A DNA stretch of 64,000 nt, from assembly GCA_029856045.1 (NCBI GenBank), contig JAHQWG010000028.1, forward strand, positions 160,001 to 224,000. Direction: 5' to 3'. The stretch is from Promethearchaeia archaeon (GTDB lineage Archaea > Asgardarchaeota > Lokiarchaeia > Sigyniarchaeales > SOKP01). A model generated the notes under the pieces. It saw nothing but the letters and a program-made list of their open reading frames with translations, ran no database searches and had not been told where the DNA came from. Positions 41,546 to 51,875 of the stretch are shown here, piece after piece. A program made the position numbers and the translations under genes. Position 1 is the stretch's first letter; each line of letters opens with the position of its first letter.

Positions 41546-41704
41546 CTATTCTGGTGCAGTCATTTTCTTTCTAATATAATTTTTCAGGATTAGCTCCCAT
41601 TTTTGAGCCAAATCATTTAATCCTGTTTTTCTAAAAAGTATAACAGAATCAGCAAGTATTTTCTTAATCGAGTTATTAAAATAAAACTCTTCTTGATTAA
41701 TCAT
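41546..41704 (-). CDS. Putative 52-aa small protein
   Basis: Hand translation MINQEEFYFNNSIKKILADSVILFRKTGLNDLAQKWELILKNYIRKKMTAPE*; below the ORF-track size cutoff. Confidence 0.4.
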   Translation of the reverse strand: MINQEEFYFNNSIKKILADSVILFRKTGLNDLAQKWELILKNYIRKKMTAPE

Positions 41705-41900
41705 ATAGAAAAAATTAAGACAATCTTAAAAAAAATAAGATATTATTTAGGTAATACTATTAATTTAACACTATAATTACTATAATAAATAATAAATAAA
41801 TGGTCAAAGAAAGATTTAGGTATTTCCTAGTATATTCCAGTTAAATTTGTAGGAATGATTTTTATATTAAGGTGCAATATTAAAGAAAAATAAAGATTTT

Positions 41901-43034
41901 CTAAAGAGGAAGATGTTTTAAAGCGTCTTCCGCCCTTTTAGTTTTCATTCGGCTAAAACTAATTATTTTTGCAAGCATTTTTGATTTTTCTACGGATGTA
42001 TTGAGTTCTGGTGGCTCTTCAATATATCCTTTATCTATTGCAAGTTTATATATTTTTTCACCTAGATCTGTGCGAATTATCGAAGTAGTAAAACCATCTT
42101 TGGAACCTAAGCCACCGAATGATATATCTGAATAGAAATTAGAAAAATTCTCACACACTGAACACGCGTGGCGCATAATATCATGAAGTTCAGAAAATTC
42201 AATGTATAATGGCTGGTCTTTCCCTTTAAGATAAATGATCAAATAGTCTTTTATATTCATTTTTTCAATATCATTAAAGGAAAAATCAAACCGTTCTTCC
42301 ATTTTTTTTCTTGCTGTCTCATCAAATTTAAAATTTTCATAGCAAAATAAACCAAGAGTGTATTTTATAATATGAGCGGGTAAGATGCTTAACTCTTGCA
42401 TCTTTCTGATTGAGTGGATCTGGCATGGTACTCCTACTACAGCAATATTCATAAGATCTCTATCAAGAACATATCTTAATTTAGATATTGTAGGAACAAA
42501 AGTATTATATTGTCCTAACCCGGAAATATGTCCCGATATATCAAATTTCGTTCCTGCAGCTTCTATTAATTCTTCTTTTGTTGTTGCAAGGAATGGTTCT
42601 CTCTGAAATGGATTTATCCTTTTTGAAACAAGAGCACCGTCAATTAAATTATTTTCCAACATCGCAATAAGAATGGATGTCACAACTCCTCCATCGGTTC
42701 CTGCTTTTTGGATTTCTAGATTCGTAGCCTTACCCGAAACAATTTTAAGCCAATTTCCTATTGGGAGTTTAAACTTGTATCTCTCGTTTAATTCCTTATT
42801 TAACTCATGAATCTCCGGACAAATCAGATAACAAATACCACAATGTAGGCAATTATCTTTGTCGATATATTGTGGAGGACCATCCTCACTCATTTTAATT
42901 GCACCTAAATCAGCAGCAGAACAAAAACTGACGCAACCTCCACACTCCCCGCAAATACCTTTATCATGAACCTCTTTTATAAGGTCTTCAAAAGATTTTG
43001 GAACAACTTCCTTTGAATTTTGATTTTCATTCAT
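41901..43034 (-). CDS. Coenzyme F420 hydrogenase/dehydrogenase beta subunit (FrhB/FdhB family)
   Basis: N-terminal ferredoxin (CGECGGC, CLHCGIC), GTDGGVVT, VGVPCQ, LGLFCYENF, SDISFGG. Confidence 0.9.
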   Translation of the reverse strand: MNENQNSKEVVPKSFEDLIKEVHDKGICGECGGCVSFCSAADLGAIKMSEDGPPQYIDKDNCLHCGICYLICPEIHELNKELNERYKFKLPIGNWLKIVSGKATNLEIQKAGTDGGVVTSILIAMLENNLIDGALVSKRINPFQREPFLATTKEELIEAAGTKFDISGHISGLGQYNTFVPTISKLRYVLDRDLMNIAVVGVPCQIHSIRKMQELSILPAHIIKYTLGLFCYENFKFDETARKKMEERFDFSFNDIEKMNIKDYLIIYLKGKDQPLYIEFSELHDIMRHACSVCENFSNFYSDISFGGLGSKDGFTTSIIRTDLGEKIYKLAIDKGYIEEPPELNTSVEKSKMLAKIISFSRMKTKRAEDALKHLPL

Positions 43035-43055
43035 AATTCATTTCATCTTTTTTTT

Positions 43056-43901
43056 TTAATATTCTTTTGGTAATTTATTTAATTCTGCTTGGGAAAATAC
43101 AGGTCCATCTAAACAAACAAATTTATTCCCCACGTTACATCTTCCGCATTTACCTATCCCGCACTTCATTCTCATCTCTAAAGATAATAATATTTGCTCA
43201 TCAGAGAATTTTAACTCTTTTAAAACATCTTGTGTAGTTTTTATCATAATAGGTGGACCACAAACAATTGCAACGGCATTTTCTGGGGATGGTGATACTT
43301 CTTTAACGATAGGCGCAACAAAACCAACTTTTCTCGTCCAACCTTCTTGTTCCCTATCTATAGTTAAAACGACATTTACATCATCCCTTTTTTCCCATTC
43401 TTCTAAAACATCTCTGTATAAAACCTCGCCAGACTCTCGATTTCCATAAATAACGGTTATATCACCATAATTTTTCCTGTTATCTTCGTGTGATGCAAAT
43501 ATAGTTAGGGATCTTAATGTGGAAAATGCAAACCCACCTCCAATAATTACTAAATTTTTTCCCTTCATTTCTTCAACGGGCCAGCCATTTCCTAGGGGAC
43601 CTCTTATTCCGACGATATCTCCTACTTCTAAATTATGAAGTGCTGTTGTAACCTCGCCTGCTTTTTTTACTGTAAATTTTATCGAACCTTTTTCTGTGGG
43701 AGATGAAGCTATTCCTACAGGGCATTCTCCTACTCCAATGACACTTACTTCTGCAAACTGACCAGCAACATAATCGAATTTTTTATAGTCCTCTTCGTTA
43801 TTGAAAACAAATTCAAATGTCTTTATATCATTAACTTCGTTTTCTCTAACGATTGACTTTATTGTGGTCAATACTGGTATATACGGACTTTCTAATTGCA
43901 T
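43056..43901 (-). CDS. flxA: FAD/NAD-binding [2Fe-2S] subunit, FlxA/HydG-like
   Basis: GQFAEVS, RGPLGNGW, IGGG, CGPPIM, MKCGIGKCGRC..CLDGPVF. Confidence 0.85.
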   Translation of the reverse strand: MQLESPYIPVLTTIKSIVRENEVNDIKTFEFVFNNEEDYKKFDYVAGQFAEVSVIGVGECPVGIASSPTEKGSIKFTVKKAGEVTTALHNLEVGDIVGIRGPLGNGWPVEEMKGKNLVIIGGGFAFSTLRSLTIFASHEDNRKNYGDITVIYGNRESGEVLYRDVLEEWEKRDDVNVVLTIDREQEGWTRKVGFVAPIVKEVSPSPENAVAIVCGPPIMIKTTQDVLKELKFSDEQILLSLEMRMKCGIGKCGRCNVGNKFVCLDGPVFSQAELNKLPKEY

Positions 43902-43950
43902 TTTTAAACCATCTTTTTCTCTATCTTGTAACTTGAATTAAGTTTTTTAT

Positions 43951-44991
43951 TTATCCCTCCGTTTTAGAGGAACTATTTTCAACAGACATGAATATATTTC
44001 TAATATCACTACCCACAGGACAGTTAATGATACATCTCCCACATCCAACACACCCAATTATATTGTAGTTTTTCGGATAATAGTTAAATTTATGATAAAT
44101 TCTCTGTCTTACTCTTGGTAGTTTAGTTGTTCTCGGATTATGTCCAGAAGTCTCGAGTGTGAATAAAGGAAATTGGCAAGTATCCCATATTCTGATCCTT
44201 CTTCCGGATCCATCTTGCTTATTTTCATCGAGTACATCAAAACAGTGACATGTAGGACATAGGTAGGTACAAGCTCCGCAACCTAGACATCCTTGAGCAT
44301 CCAATTGCCACATTGGGTTGTCAAATAAACCATCTAATTTGGTATGAATACTATCTAAACCTTTAATAACGGGAATTGCACTTTCGATATCCTTTTGTAA
44401 TTTTTCTATTTTTGCTAAATCTCCCTTGTCCGCATCTGTTAGCGATTTAATTTTTTTAATTAATGCCTCTCCTTTATCGGTACTTGACTCAAGATAATAA
44501 TTATCTTTAAATTCTGTAATTAGGACATCTACGGATTCTTTATTGAAAGGACCTCCATTAACTGAAGTGCAGAAGCATGTAGTTCTTGGTTCCAAGCAAC
44601 CCATTCCGATTAAAGTTATATTTTCTAATCGATTCAAGATAAGTGGGTCTTTATATTTCCCAAATGAGAAAAAAATTTTAAATAATGAAAAACCCATGGA
44701 ATCACACGGTCTTATTCCAAGTATTACTGTCTTCTCGTATGGTGGGTTTTCTATAATCTTTACTCCTTTTTCCTCCTTTTTATAGGAAAAAAGAGTGTCA
44801 ATCATGGGAAAAAGCACGCTTTTTGCAGGAATTTTCGAATTTGAATAATCTAAACAAATTTCTTTTGCATCAGTAATCTCCTTAAACAATACTACACCTT
44901 CTTCTTTAACTGGACCAAATACTTTGAACTCTTTCTGTAATTCTTTTATTAGATCAGATATTTTTTCTTTTGATATCATTTTTTGCACCAT
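43951..44991 (-). CDS. flxB: 4Fe-4S protein, FlxB/AsrA-like
   Basis: GIRPCD, CFC, CLGCGACTYLCPTCHCF, CVGCGRC..CP. Confidence 0.85.
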   Translation of the reverse strand: MVQKMISKEKISDLIKELQKEFKVFGPVKEEGVVLFKEITDAKEICLDYSNSKIPAKSVLFPMIDTLFSYKKEEKGVKIIENPPYEKTVILGIRPCDSMGFSLFKIFFSFGKYKDPLILNRLENITLIGMGCLEPRTTCFCTSVNGGPFNKESVDVLITEFKDNYYLESSTDKGEALIKKIKSLTDADKGDLAKIEKLQKDIESAIPVIKGLDSIHTKLDGLFDNPMWQLDAQGCLGCGACTYLCPTCHCFDVLDENKQDGSGRRIRIWDTCQFPLFTLETSGHNPRTTKLPRVRQRIYHKFNYYPKNYNIIGCVGCGRCIINCPVGSDIRNIFMSVENSSSKTEG

Positions 44992-45005
44992 TTCTTTACC
45001 TCCAT

Positions 45006-45983
45006 TTAATCCTCTTCTATCATAAATTCCTGTTTATCGTCAAATTTATGAGTACCCATAGGTGGAAGGACTTCTAAACTTATTCCACTTTCGAAATCAA
45101 ACCTCTCCTTAACAATTTTTTCTAACTTTCTCGTAATAAAATTCAAGTCTATACCCATGGGGCAGACGCTACTACACGCTCCACAAGAAACGCATCTTCC
45201 AGCAACATGAAAGGCGCGAATCATATGGAAAATGAAATTATCGGAAATATCTGCGGTTTTTCCAAACCAAACTGGTTTGTTCTGATCAATAAAACATAAG
45301 GTACAATAACACATAGGGCATGCTTCTCTGCACGCATAACATCTAATGCATCTGTTTAATTCTTTTTTAAAGTATTCTATTTTATCTTTGGAACTCTTCG
45401 ACTCGATCTCATTTAAATCCTTGAAATCATCTTTTAGTGGTTTTTCGGGTTTTTTATTCCCAAGAATTATGTCAGAAATTGGTGGGATTTTATAGTGGCA
45501 AGTTATACATAGTTGATTAATATAATCTTGTAACGGAAGTGTTTTATTGAAGTCTTTTCCCTTAATAATAATCTTATCATCTTCAATATCGGCTTCAATT
45601 ATTTCTTTATCTCCTATTTCAACCATGATTTTTGCTCTATTTAAAACACCTTCGCATGGAATTCCAATAATTGTGATATTTTCTCTATTTAGCTGTTTTT
45701 CTACTATTAAATGAACAATAGCGCGTCCTACGCACCCTTTTGAAATTATCCCAATCTTTCTATCATCGTTCTTCGCTAGATACTTTGCGAGATTTAAATC
45801 ACAACTTTGGTTCCAAACTAGCATATCTGTTTTGCTTGCATCAGTAATAAAACATGGTCCAGAGCGAAGTGGAATAGATCCTTTCGTGTATCCAATAATC
45901 AGATCAACTTTTCCTTCTTCTAATAATTTCTTTGCAGTTTCTCTAATGGATTTTTCTATGTCGTCTATTATTTTTCTCACCAT
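45006..45983 (-). CDS. flxC: 4Fe-4S protein, FlxC-like
   Basis: CIRCYACREACPMCYC..C, RAFHVAGRCVSCGAC..CP. Confidence 0.85.
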   Translation of the reverse strand: MVRKIIDDIEKSIRETAKKLLEEGKVDLIIGYTKGSIPLRSGPCFITDASKTDMLVWNQSCDLNLAKYLAKNDDRKIGIISKGCVGRAIVHLIVEKQLNRENITIIGIPCEGVLNRAKIMVEIGDKEIIEADIEDDKIIIKGKDFNKTLPLQDYINQLCITCHYKIPPISDIILGNKKPEKPLKDDFKDLNEIESKSSKDKIEYFKKELNRCIRCYACREACPMCYCTLCFIDQNKPVWFGKTADISDNFIFHMIRAFHVAGRCVSCGACSSVCPMGIDLNFITRKLEKIVKERFDFESGISLEVLPPMGTHKFDDKQEFMIEED

Positions 45984-46423
45984 TCTTTATTAAATATTTT
46001 ATTTGGACCTACTGATTTTACATTTTCAACAGTTTTTCGTACAACCTTTGCAAATCTTTCTCCTTCAGCAGCAGAGACCCAAGTAAAATTGAGTCTTTCA
46101 GGTTCAATTCCCAAAAATATCATCAAATCTCTTAAAATCGCAAACCTTCTTCTTGCAACATAATTGCCAGAGATATAGTGACAATCACCAGGATGACATC
46201 CTGAGACAAGAATACCGTCCCAACCATAAGCTAGGCTTTTTACTATGAAGAATGGGTTAATTCGACCTGTACAAGGCACGCGAACAACTCGAATGTTTGG
46301 GGGATATTGAATTCGACTAACTCCCGCTAAATCAGCACCTGCATACGAGCACCAATTACATAAAAACGCAATTATTTTAGGTTTCCACTCCTCTGTTAAA
46401 TTTTCTTTACTTTCATCAGTCAT
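45977..46423 (-). CDS. mvhD: MvhD/FlxD [2Fe-2S] subunit
   Basis: FLCNWCSYAGADLAG, PCTGR, GCHPGDCHY, WVSAAEG. Confidence 0.93.
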   Translation of the reverse strand: MTDESKENLTEEWKPKIIAFLCNWCSYAGADLAGVSRIQYPPNIRVVRVPCTGRINPFFIVKSLAYGWDGILVSGCHPGDCHYISGNYVARRRFAILRDLMIFLGIEPERLNFTWVSAAEGERFAKVVRKTVENVKSVGPNKIFNKEW

Positions 46424-46426
46424 TTT

Positions 46427-49400
46427 TTATTCCCTCCCCATTATCATAGCAAATATTTGTTCACCTGTAAATCCTAATATATCGATTGCGGAGCATCTGC
46501 AATTCCCAGAACACGCTCCACAACCTTTACATAAAGCTTCATTAATAACTGCAATTGTACCAAATCGACGATCTTCTTGAAGCTCAATTGCGTTATAAGC
46601 ACAATTAAGAACACACAAACCACAACCAGAGCACCTAGTTGGGTCAATTCGAGCAATTTTTCCTTCGGCTTCAATTTTATCTTTTGATAATATTGTACAT
46701 GCTCTTGAAACAGTTGCTTTAGCTTGAGAAATACAATCTTCTATCGGTTTTGGTGCGTGAGCTAAACCTGCTACAAAAACTCCTTCGGTAGCAAAATCAA
46801 CAGGTCTTAACTTAACATGAGCCTCTAAAAAGAAATTATCATCATTCAATGGTACCTTTAATTGCATTGCTAACTCTTCATTTTCATCTCTTGAAGAGAC
46901 AATACCTACACTTAATGCCAATAAGTCTGCTTTAATCGAAATATCGCCAATATCTGGTTTTTTAACAATAATATCCAAATTTCCATTCGCTATCTTTACT
47001 TCAGGTTCTTGATTCTCATTGAATTGAATAAATAAAACTCCCATTTGACGGGCTTTTTGATAATACTTCTCTTTAAAACCATAAGTTCTAATATCTCTAA
47101 ATAAAATGGTAATGTTAATTTCTGGGTTCAATTCTTTTATTTTTAATGCATTCTTAATTGCTTCAGCACAACACATTTTACTACAATAAGGATGTTCTTC
47201 ATTTCTTGAACCTACACATTGAATCATTACAATTGATTTAACATCTTTAAGTTCATTTGGACTTTTATAGATTTTTTCCTCTAATTCTGATTGTCTTATT
47301 ATTCTTGGATCTTTACCATATTGATATTCAGTTGGTATATATTCATTCGAACCTGTGGCAACAATAACCACGCCATGATCAAATTCCGCTGGAATTTTTG
47401 ATTCACCATGTGTTATTGTGGTATGAAAGTTGCCAACATATCCATCAATTGCTTCAATATGGGTATTTGTATATAAATTAAGATTCTTTTGGCTCTTTAT
47501 TTTCGTGATTAAATCATCTAGATATTCTTGCACATTCCCTCCTTCAAGTGTACTATAGATTTTCCGAGAAATACCTCCTAATTCGTTTTTCTTTTCGATT
47601 AGATAAGTTTCATAACCTTGTTTAGCAAAATCTAATGCAGCAACCATACCTGTGATTCCGCCTCCAATTACTAAGGCTTTTTTTATAACATCTAAGGTCA
47701 TTCTTTCCAACGGAAAAATTTTTCTTGCTTTATTAACTGCCATTCTAACTAAATCTTTTGCTTTTTCAGTTGCATTTTCTGGCTCGTGCATATGAACCCA
47801 AGAGCACTGATCTCTAATATTTGTCATTTGAAAAAGGTATCTGTTTAATCCAGCTTCTCTAATTGTTTCTTGAAATAATGATTCATGGGTTCTAGGAGTA
47901 CAGGATGCAACAATAACGCGATTAAGATTATGCTCCTTTATCTTTTCTTTAATAATTGTCTGAGTATCAGCTGAGCAAGTATATAAATTTCTATCTGCCA
48001 TAACTACATTAGGAAGTTTACCTGCATATTCTGTAACAGCAGGAACATCCACATACCCACCAATATTAATACCACAATGGCAAACAAATACACCTATTCT
48101 TGGAGGCTGTCCTCTTACGTCAATTTCATCTGGGAGTTCCTTTTTTGTAATTAAGGTATTTTTTACATCAGATAATAATACATTAACTGCTCCTGCAGCA
48201 GCACTTGCCTGAGTAACAGTTTCAGGAATGTCCTTTGGTCCTTGAAAAGCTCCACATACATATATTCCTGGTCTTGATGATTCTATTGGGTTAAATGAAT
48301 TAGTTTCACAAAAATTATATTCATTTAATTTAATATTAAATGCCTCAGCAATCTTTTTCGCATCTTTAGGGGGATTTAATCCTACAGATAAAACTAACAT
48401 ATTAAAGATTTCTTCAACAACTTCGCCATTCTCAGTCTCATATCTAATTTTTAGATCTTTGGATTCTGGAATCTCTGAAATTGAAGATATTCTACTTCTT
48501 ATATATCTAACGCCATATTCATGTTTCGCCCTTTCTATATATTTATCAAAATCTTTACCATATGCCCGAATATCCATATAAAAAATTGTTGGGTTGATTA
48601 CATCAAAATGTTCCTTAGCAATTACTGCTTCTTTTGCAGTATACATACAACAAACTGAAGAACAATATGGTTGCCCTCTTTTTAGATCTCTCGAACCAAC
48701 ACATTGAAGAAATGCAATTTTTTCTGGAATATCTCCGTCAGATAAACGTAAAACTTTTCCTGCAAATGGTCCACTTGCACTTAAAATACGTTCAAATTCG
48801 ATACTGGTTATTACATTTTTATATTTTCCATAACCATATTCCTTTATTGATTCTGGTTCAAATTCATCAAAACCTGGTGCTAAAATGATGGCTCCTATAT
48901 TAATCTCCATTTCTTTATCTTCTTGATCATATTCTACTGCTCCTGCTTTACAGACACCTTCACAAACTCCACAACCAATACATTTTGCAAGATCTATTGA
49001 AAAAACCAGGGGAACTGCTTGGGGATATTTAACAGAAGTTGCTTTGCATTTAGCTAATCCTTCATTAAACACATCTATAGCTTCTATAGGGCATTTTAAT
49101 GCACATACTCCACATCCAGTACATTTTTCTTCATTGATATATAATGCCCTTTTTAATAATTTTACAATAAAATTACCAGCTTCTCCACTAACTTCTTTAA
49201 TATCTGCATTAATAATCAATTCAATATTATGATGTCTTCCAGTTTCAACCAATTTGGGTGAAACAATACACATAGCACAGTCATTTGTTGGAAATGTTTT
49301 ATCCAATTGAGCCATTACGCCACCAATACTTGTGGTAGATTCTACTAAATAAACTTTATAACCAGATTCACCTAAATCTAAAGATGCTTGACTTCCACCT

Positions 49401-49441
49401 ATACCTGCTCCAATAACTAACACAGATCCAATTTTATCCAT
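46427..49441 (-). CDS. hdrA: Heterodisulfide reductase subunit A, large two-module form
   Basis: MAQLDKTFPTNDC, two CVGSR/YCS..CC blocks, VFVCHCG, EAHVKLRP, ferredoxin motifs. Confidence 0.93.
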   Translation of the reverse strand: MDKIGSVLVIGAGIGGSQASLDLGESGYKVYLVESTTSIGGVMAQLDKTFPTNDCAMCIVSPKLVETGRHHNIELIINADIKEVSGEAGNFIVKLLKRALYINEEKCTGCGVCALKCPIEAIDVFNEGLAKCKATSVKYPQAVPLVFSIDLAKCIGCGVCEGVCKAGAVEYDQEDKEMEINIGAIILAPGFDEFEPESIKEYGYGKYKNVITSIEFERILSASGPFAGKVLRLSDGDIPEKIAFLQCVGSRDLKRGQPYCSSVCCMYTAKEAVIAKEHFDVINPTIFYMDIRAYGKDFDKYIERAKHEYGVRYIRSRISSISEIPESKDLKIRYETENGEVVEEIFNMLVLSVGLNPPKDAKKIAEAFNIKLNEYNFCETNSFNPIESSRPGIYVCGAFQGPKDIPETVTQASAAAGAVNVLLSDVKNTLITKKELPDEIDVRGQPPRIGVFVCHCGINIGGYVDVPAVTEYAGKLPNVVMADRNLYTCSADTQTIIKEKIKEHNLNRVIVASCTPRTHESLFQETIREAGLNRYLFQMTNIRDQCSWVHMHEPENATEKAKDLVRMAVNKARKIFPLERMTLDVIKKALVIGGGITGMVAALDFAKQGYETYLIEKKNELGGISRKIYSTLEGGNVQEYLDDLITKIKSQKNLNLYTNTHIEAIDGYVGNFHTTITHGESKIPAEFDHGVVIVATGSNEYIPTEYQYGKDPRIIRQSELEEKIYKSPNELKDVKSIVMIQCVGSRNEEHPYCSKMCCAEAIKNALKIKELNPEINITILFRDIRTYGFKEKYYQKARQMGVLFIQFNENQEPEVKIANGNLDIIVKKPDIGDISIKADLLALSVGIVSSRDENEELAMQLKVPLNDDNFFLEAHVKLRPVDFATEGVFVAGLAHAPKPIEDCISQAKATVSRACTILSKDKIEAEGKIARIDPTRCSGCGLCVLNCAYNAIELQEDRRFGTIAVINEALCKGCGACSGNCRCSAIDILGFTGEQIFAMIMGRE

Positions 49442-50214
49442 TATAAAGCCTCCTTTAATGCATGATAGTAAGGGGTAATCCCATCTATTCTATTAAAATC
49501 GATAAGATTTTTTGCCTTTAATGAAACAACATGTTCTAAAATTAAACTTGATTCGATATTCAATGATTTTGATAAATCTTTTACTGAAAGTGGTTCTTTT
49601 TCAAGTTTTATTAATATTTTATTACGTAAAAATTCTGAATTGAGAGCATCATCTATTTTTTTTTCATATTCTTCAAATTCAATGATTTCTTCATAAACAT
49701 TTCCAAATTCTGTAATAGTTCGTTCCCTTCCAACTAAAGTACGTAATCTATTATCAGATAAAGTTCTTTTTATTGCTTCTAAATCTTCTTTTAATTTTTG
49801 ATTAGGTTTTGAACCACTAAATGGAGAAGCTCCTTCATTTTTAATTTGTTCTGTAAAGTTCGTTACCACTTGACCAAATCTTACACCTTCAGAAGCTGAA
49901 ACCCACTCAAGACGAAATCTACCAGAAAGACCAATTAGTTGCAATGCTTTAGAAAGCAAGTCTAATTTCATTTTTTCTTCATAATTTCCATCTATATAAT
50001 GGCAGTCTCCAGGATGACACCCCATTACAATAACTCCATCTAGCCCAGTGGCCAATGCTTCAACCACAAATACAGGATCAACTCTTCCACTACACATTAC
50101 CCTAATAACCCTAATATTAGTTGGATATTGGACTCTACTTACGCCTGCAAGATCTGCCCCAGCGTATGAGCACCAATTGCATAAAAACCCTAATATTTTA
50201 GGTTCAAAACTCAT
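49441..50214 (-). CDS. mvhD: MvhD-family protein with C-terminal winged-helix extension
   Basis: FLCNWCSYAGAD, MCSGR, GCHPGDCHY; C-terminal PLSVKDLSKSLNIESSLILEHVVSL. Confidence 0.88.
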   Translation of the reverse strand: MSFEPKILGFLCNWCSYAGADLAGVSRVQYPTNIRVIRVMCSGRVDPVFVVEALATGLDGVIVMGCHPGDCHYIDGNYEEKMKLDLLSKALQLIGLSGRFRLEWVSASEGVRFGQVVTNFTEQIKNEGASPFSGSKPNQKLKEDLEAIKRTLSDNRLRTLVGRERTITEFGNVYEEIIEFEEYEKKIDDALNSEFLRNKILIKLEKEPLSVKDLSKSLNIESSLILEHVVSLKAKNLIDFNRIDGITPYYHALKEAL

Positions 50215-50217
50215 TTT

Positions 50218-51873
50218 TCATTTACCTCCTGAAGCTAAAATTTGAGCTAAAATTTGTTTTGTAGTGAAATGGTGATTAGTAATTGCCTTTTCAGGACAAG
50301 TAGCCCCACAAAGACCACACCCTTTACAACTTGCTTCTGTAACATGAGCTATTCCATTTTCATCCTTAGAGATTGCATTATATGGACAAATTTTGATACA
50401 AATTCCACAACCTATACATAAATCCTCATCTACCTCAGCGATAGCACCTTCGACCTCTAAAACATTCTTTGATATAATAGTACTTGCTCTAGATGCTGCT
50501 GCATAAGCTTGAGAAATAGTATCGGGAATATCTTTTGGCCAATGAGCAGAGCCACAAACATATATTCCATCTGTAGCAAAATCTACGGGACGTAACTTTA
50601 CATGAGCTTCTAAAAAAAAGTGATTTTCTTCTAATGGGACCTTTAACATTTTTGCTAAATTTTCTGAGTCTGGGTTTGCAATTAAAGGAGTGGATAATAC
50701 AACCATATCATATGGTATGCTAATATCCTGATTCAAATAATCATTATATACTTCAATATTGCTTTCTTTAACAATTGGAAGTTTTTCCGGTATATATTTA
50801 ATAAAAGTAATCCCTTTTTCTCTTGCTTTTCTATAATATTCTTCATAAGTAGTTCCTTGAGTTTGAATATCTCGAAATAAAATGGTTATATTGGCATCTG
50901 GTTTAAGTTCTTTAATTAACATAGCATTTTTTAATGCGGTCATACAACAAATATTCGAGCAATATCGTCTTTCCTCATTTCTTGCCCCAACACATTGAAT
51001 CATTGCAATATTTTTAACATTTATTTTATTTTCTTTTAATAATTGTTCTAATTCTAATTGAGTAATAATATTTGAACCATTATATCCAAAGAGTCCTTCT
51101 GGTTTAAGAACTTGGGCTCCAGTAGCCACAATAATAATACCTGTATTTATATCATAAATTTCGTCTCTTCTTTTTACTGAAACTTTATAATTTCCAATAA
51201 ATCCTTCAATTTTTACTGGTTCAGTAGAAGTTAATACCTTAATTTTTTGATGATTTTCAACCAAATTCCTTATTTCTAATACCTTTGATGCATTATCATG
51301 GGTTGGATACAATTTGTAGAGGTATCTTAGCAAACCGCCTAATTCTTGCTCTTTTTCAATTAAAATTACCCTAAATTCTTGATTTGCTAAATTAAGGGCT
51401 GCAGTCATTCCAGCAATACCACCTCCAATAATTAAAGCAGTTGGATTTATATCTATCGTAAATTTTTCTAATGGCTGCAATAATGATGCTTTAGCTACTC
51501 CCATACTAAGCAAAATCTTTGCTTTTTCAGTTGCTGCTTCCGTCTCTTTCATGTGAACCCAACTGCATTGATCTCGGATATTAACCATTTCAAATAGGTA
51601 AGGATTTAAACCAGCTTCTTGACAAGTACTTCTAAATAATGGTTCATGAGTGCGAGGAGTACAAGAGGCAACTATTACGCGATTTAAATCATGTTCTTTT
51701 ATTTTTTCTTTAATTACAGATAAACCAACTTCTGAACAAGTATAAAGATTATCTGTGGCAAAAGTTACATTTGGTAAGGTTTTTGTATATTCCACTAAAC
51801 TTAGAACGTCCAAAAACCCTCCTATATTTGTTCCACAATGACAAATAAAAACACCAATTCTTATATCTTCCAT
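50218..51873 (-). CDS. hdrA: HdrA-like subunit matching the C-terminal module of the 1004-aa HdrA
   Basis: RIGVFICHCG, ASCTPRTHE, NIRDQCSWVH, YCSNICC, EAHVKLRP. Confidence 0.9.
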   Translation of the reverse strand: MEDIRIGVFICHCGTNIGGFLDVLSLVEYTKTLPNVTFATDNLYTCSEVGLSVIKEKIKEHDLNRVIVASCTPRTHEPLFRSTCQEAGLNPYLFEMVNIRDQCSWVHMKETEAATEKAKILLSMGVAKASLLQPLEKFTIDINPTALIIGGGIAGMTAALNLANQEFRVILIEKEQELGGLLRYLYKLYPTHDNASKVLEIRNLVENHQKIKVLTSTEPVKIEGFIGNYKVSVKRRDEIYDINTGIIIVATGAQVLKPEGLFGYNGSNIITQLELEQLLKENKINVKNIAMIQCVGARNEERRYCSNICCMTALKNAMLIKELKPDANITILFRDIQTQGTTYEEYYRKAREKGITFIKYIPEKLPIVKESNIEVYNDYLNQDISIPYDMVVLSTPLIANPDSENLAKMLKVPLEENHFFLEAHVKLRPVDFATDGIYVCGSAHWPKDIPDTISQAYAAASRASTIISKNVLEVEGAIAEVDEDLCIGCGICIKICPYNAISKDENGIAHVTEASCKGCGLCGATCPEKAITNHHFTTKQILAQILASGGK

Positions 51874-51875
51874 TT

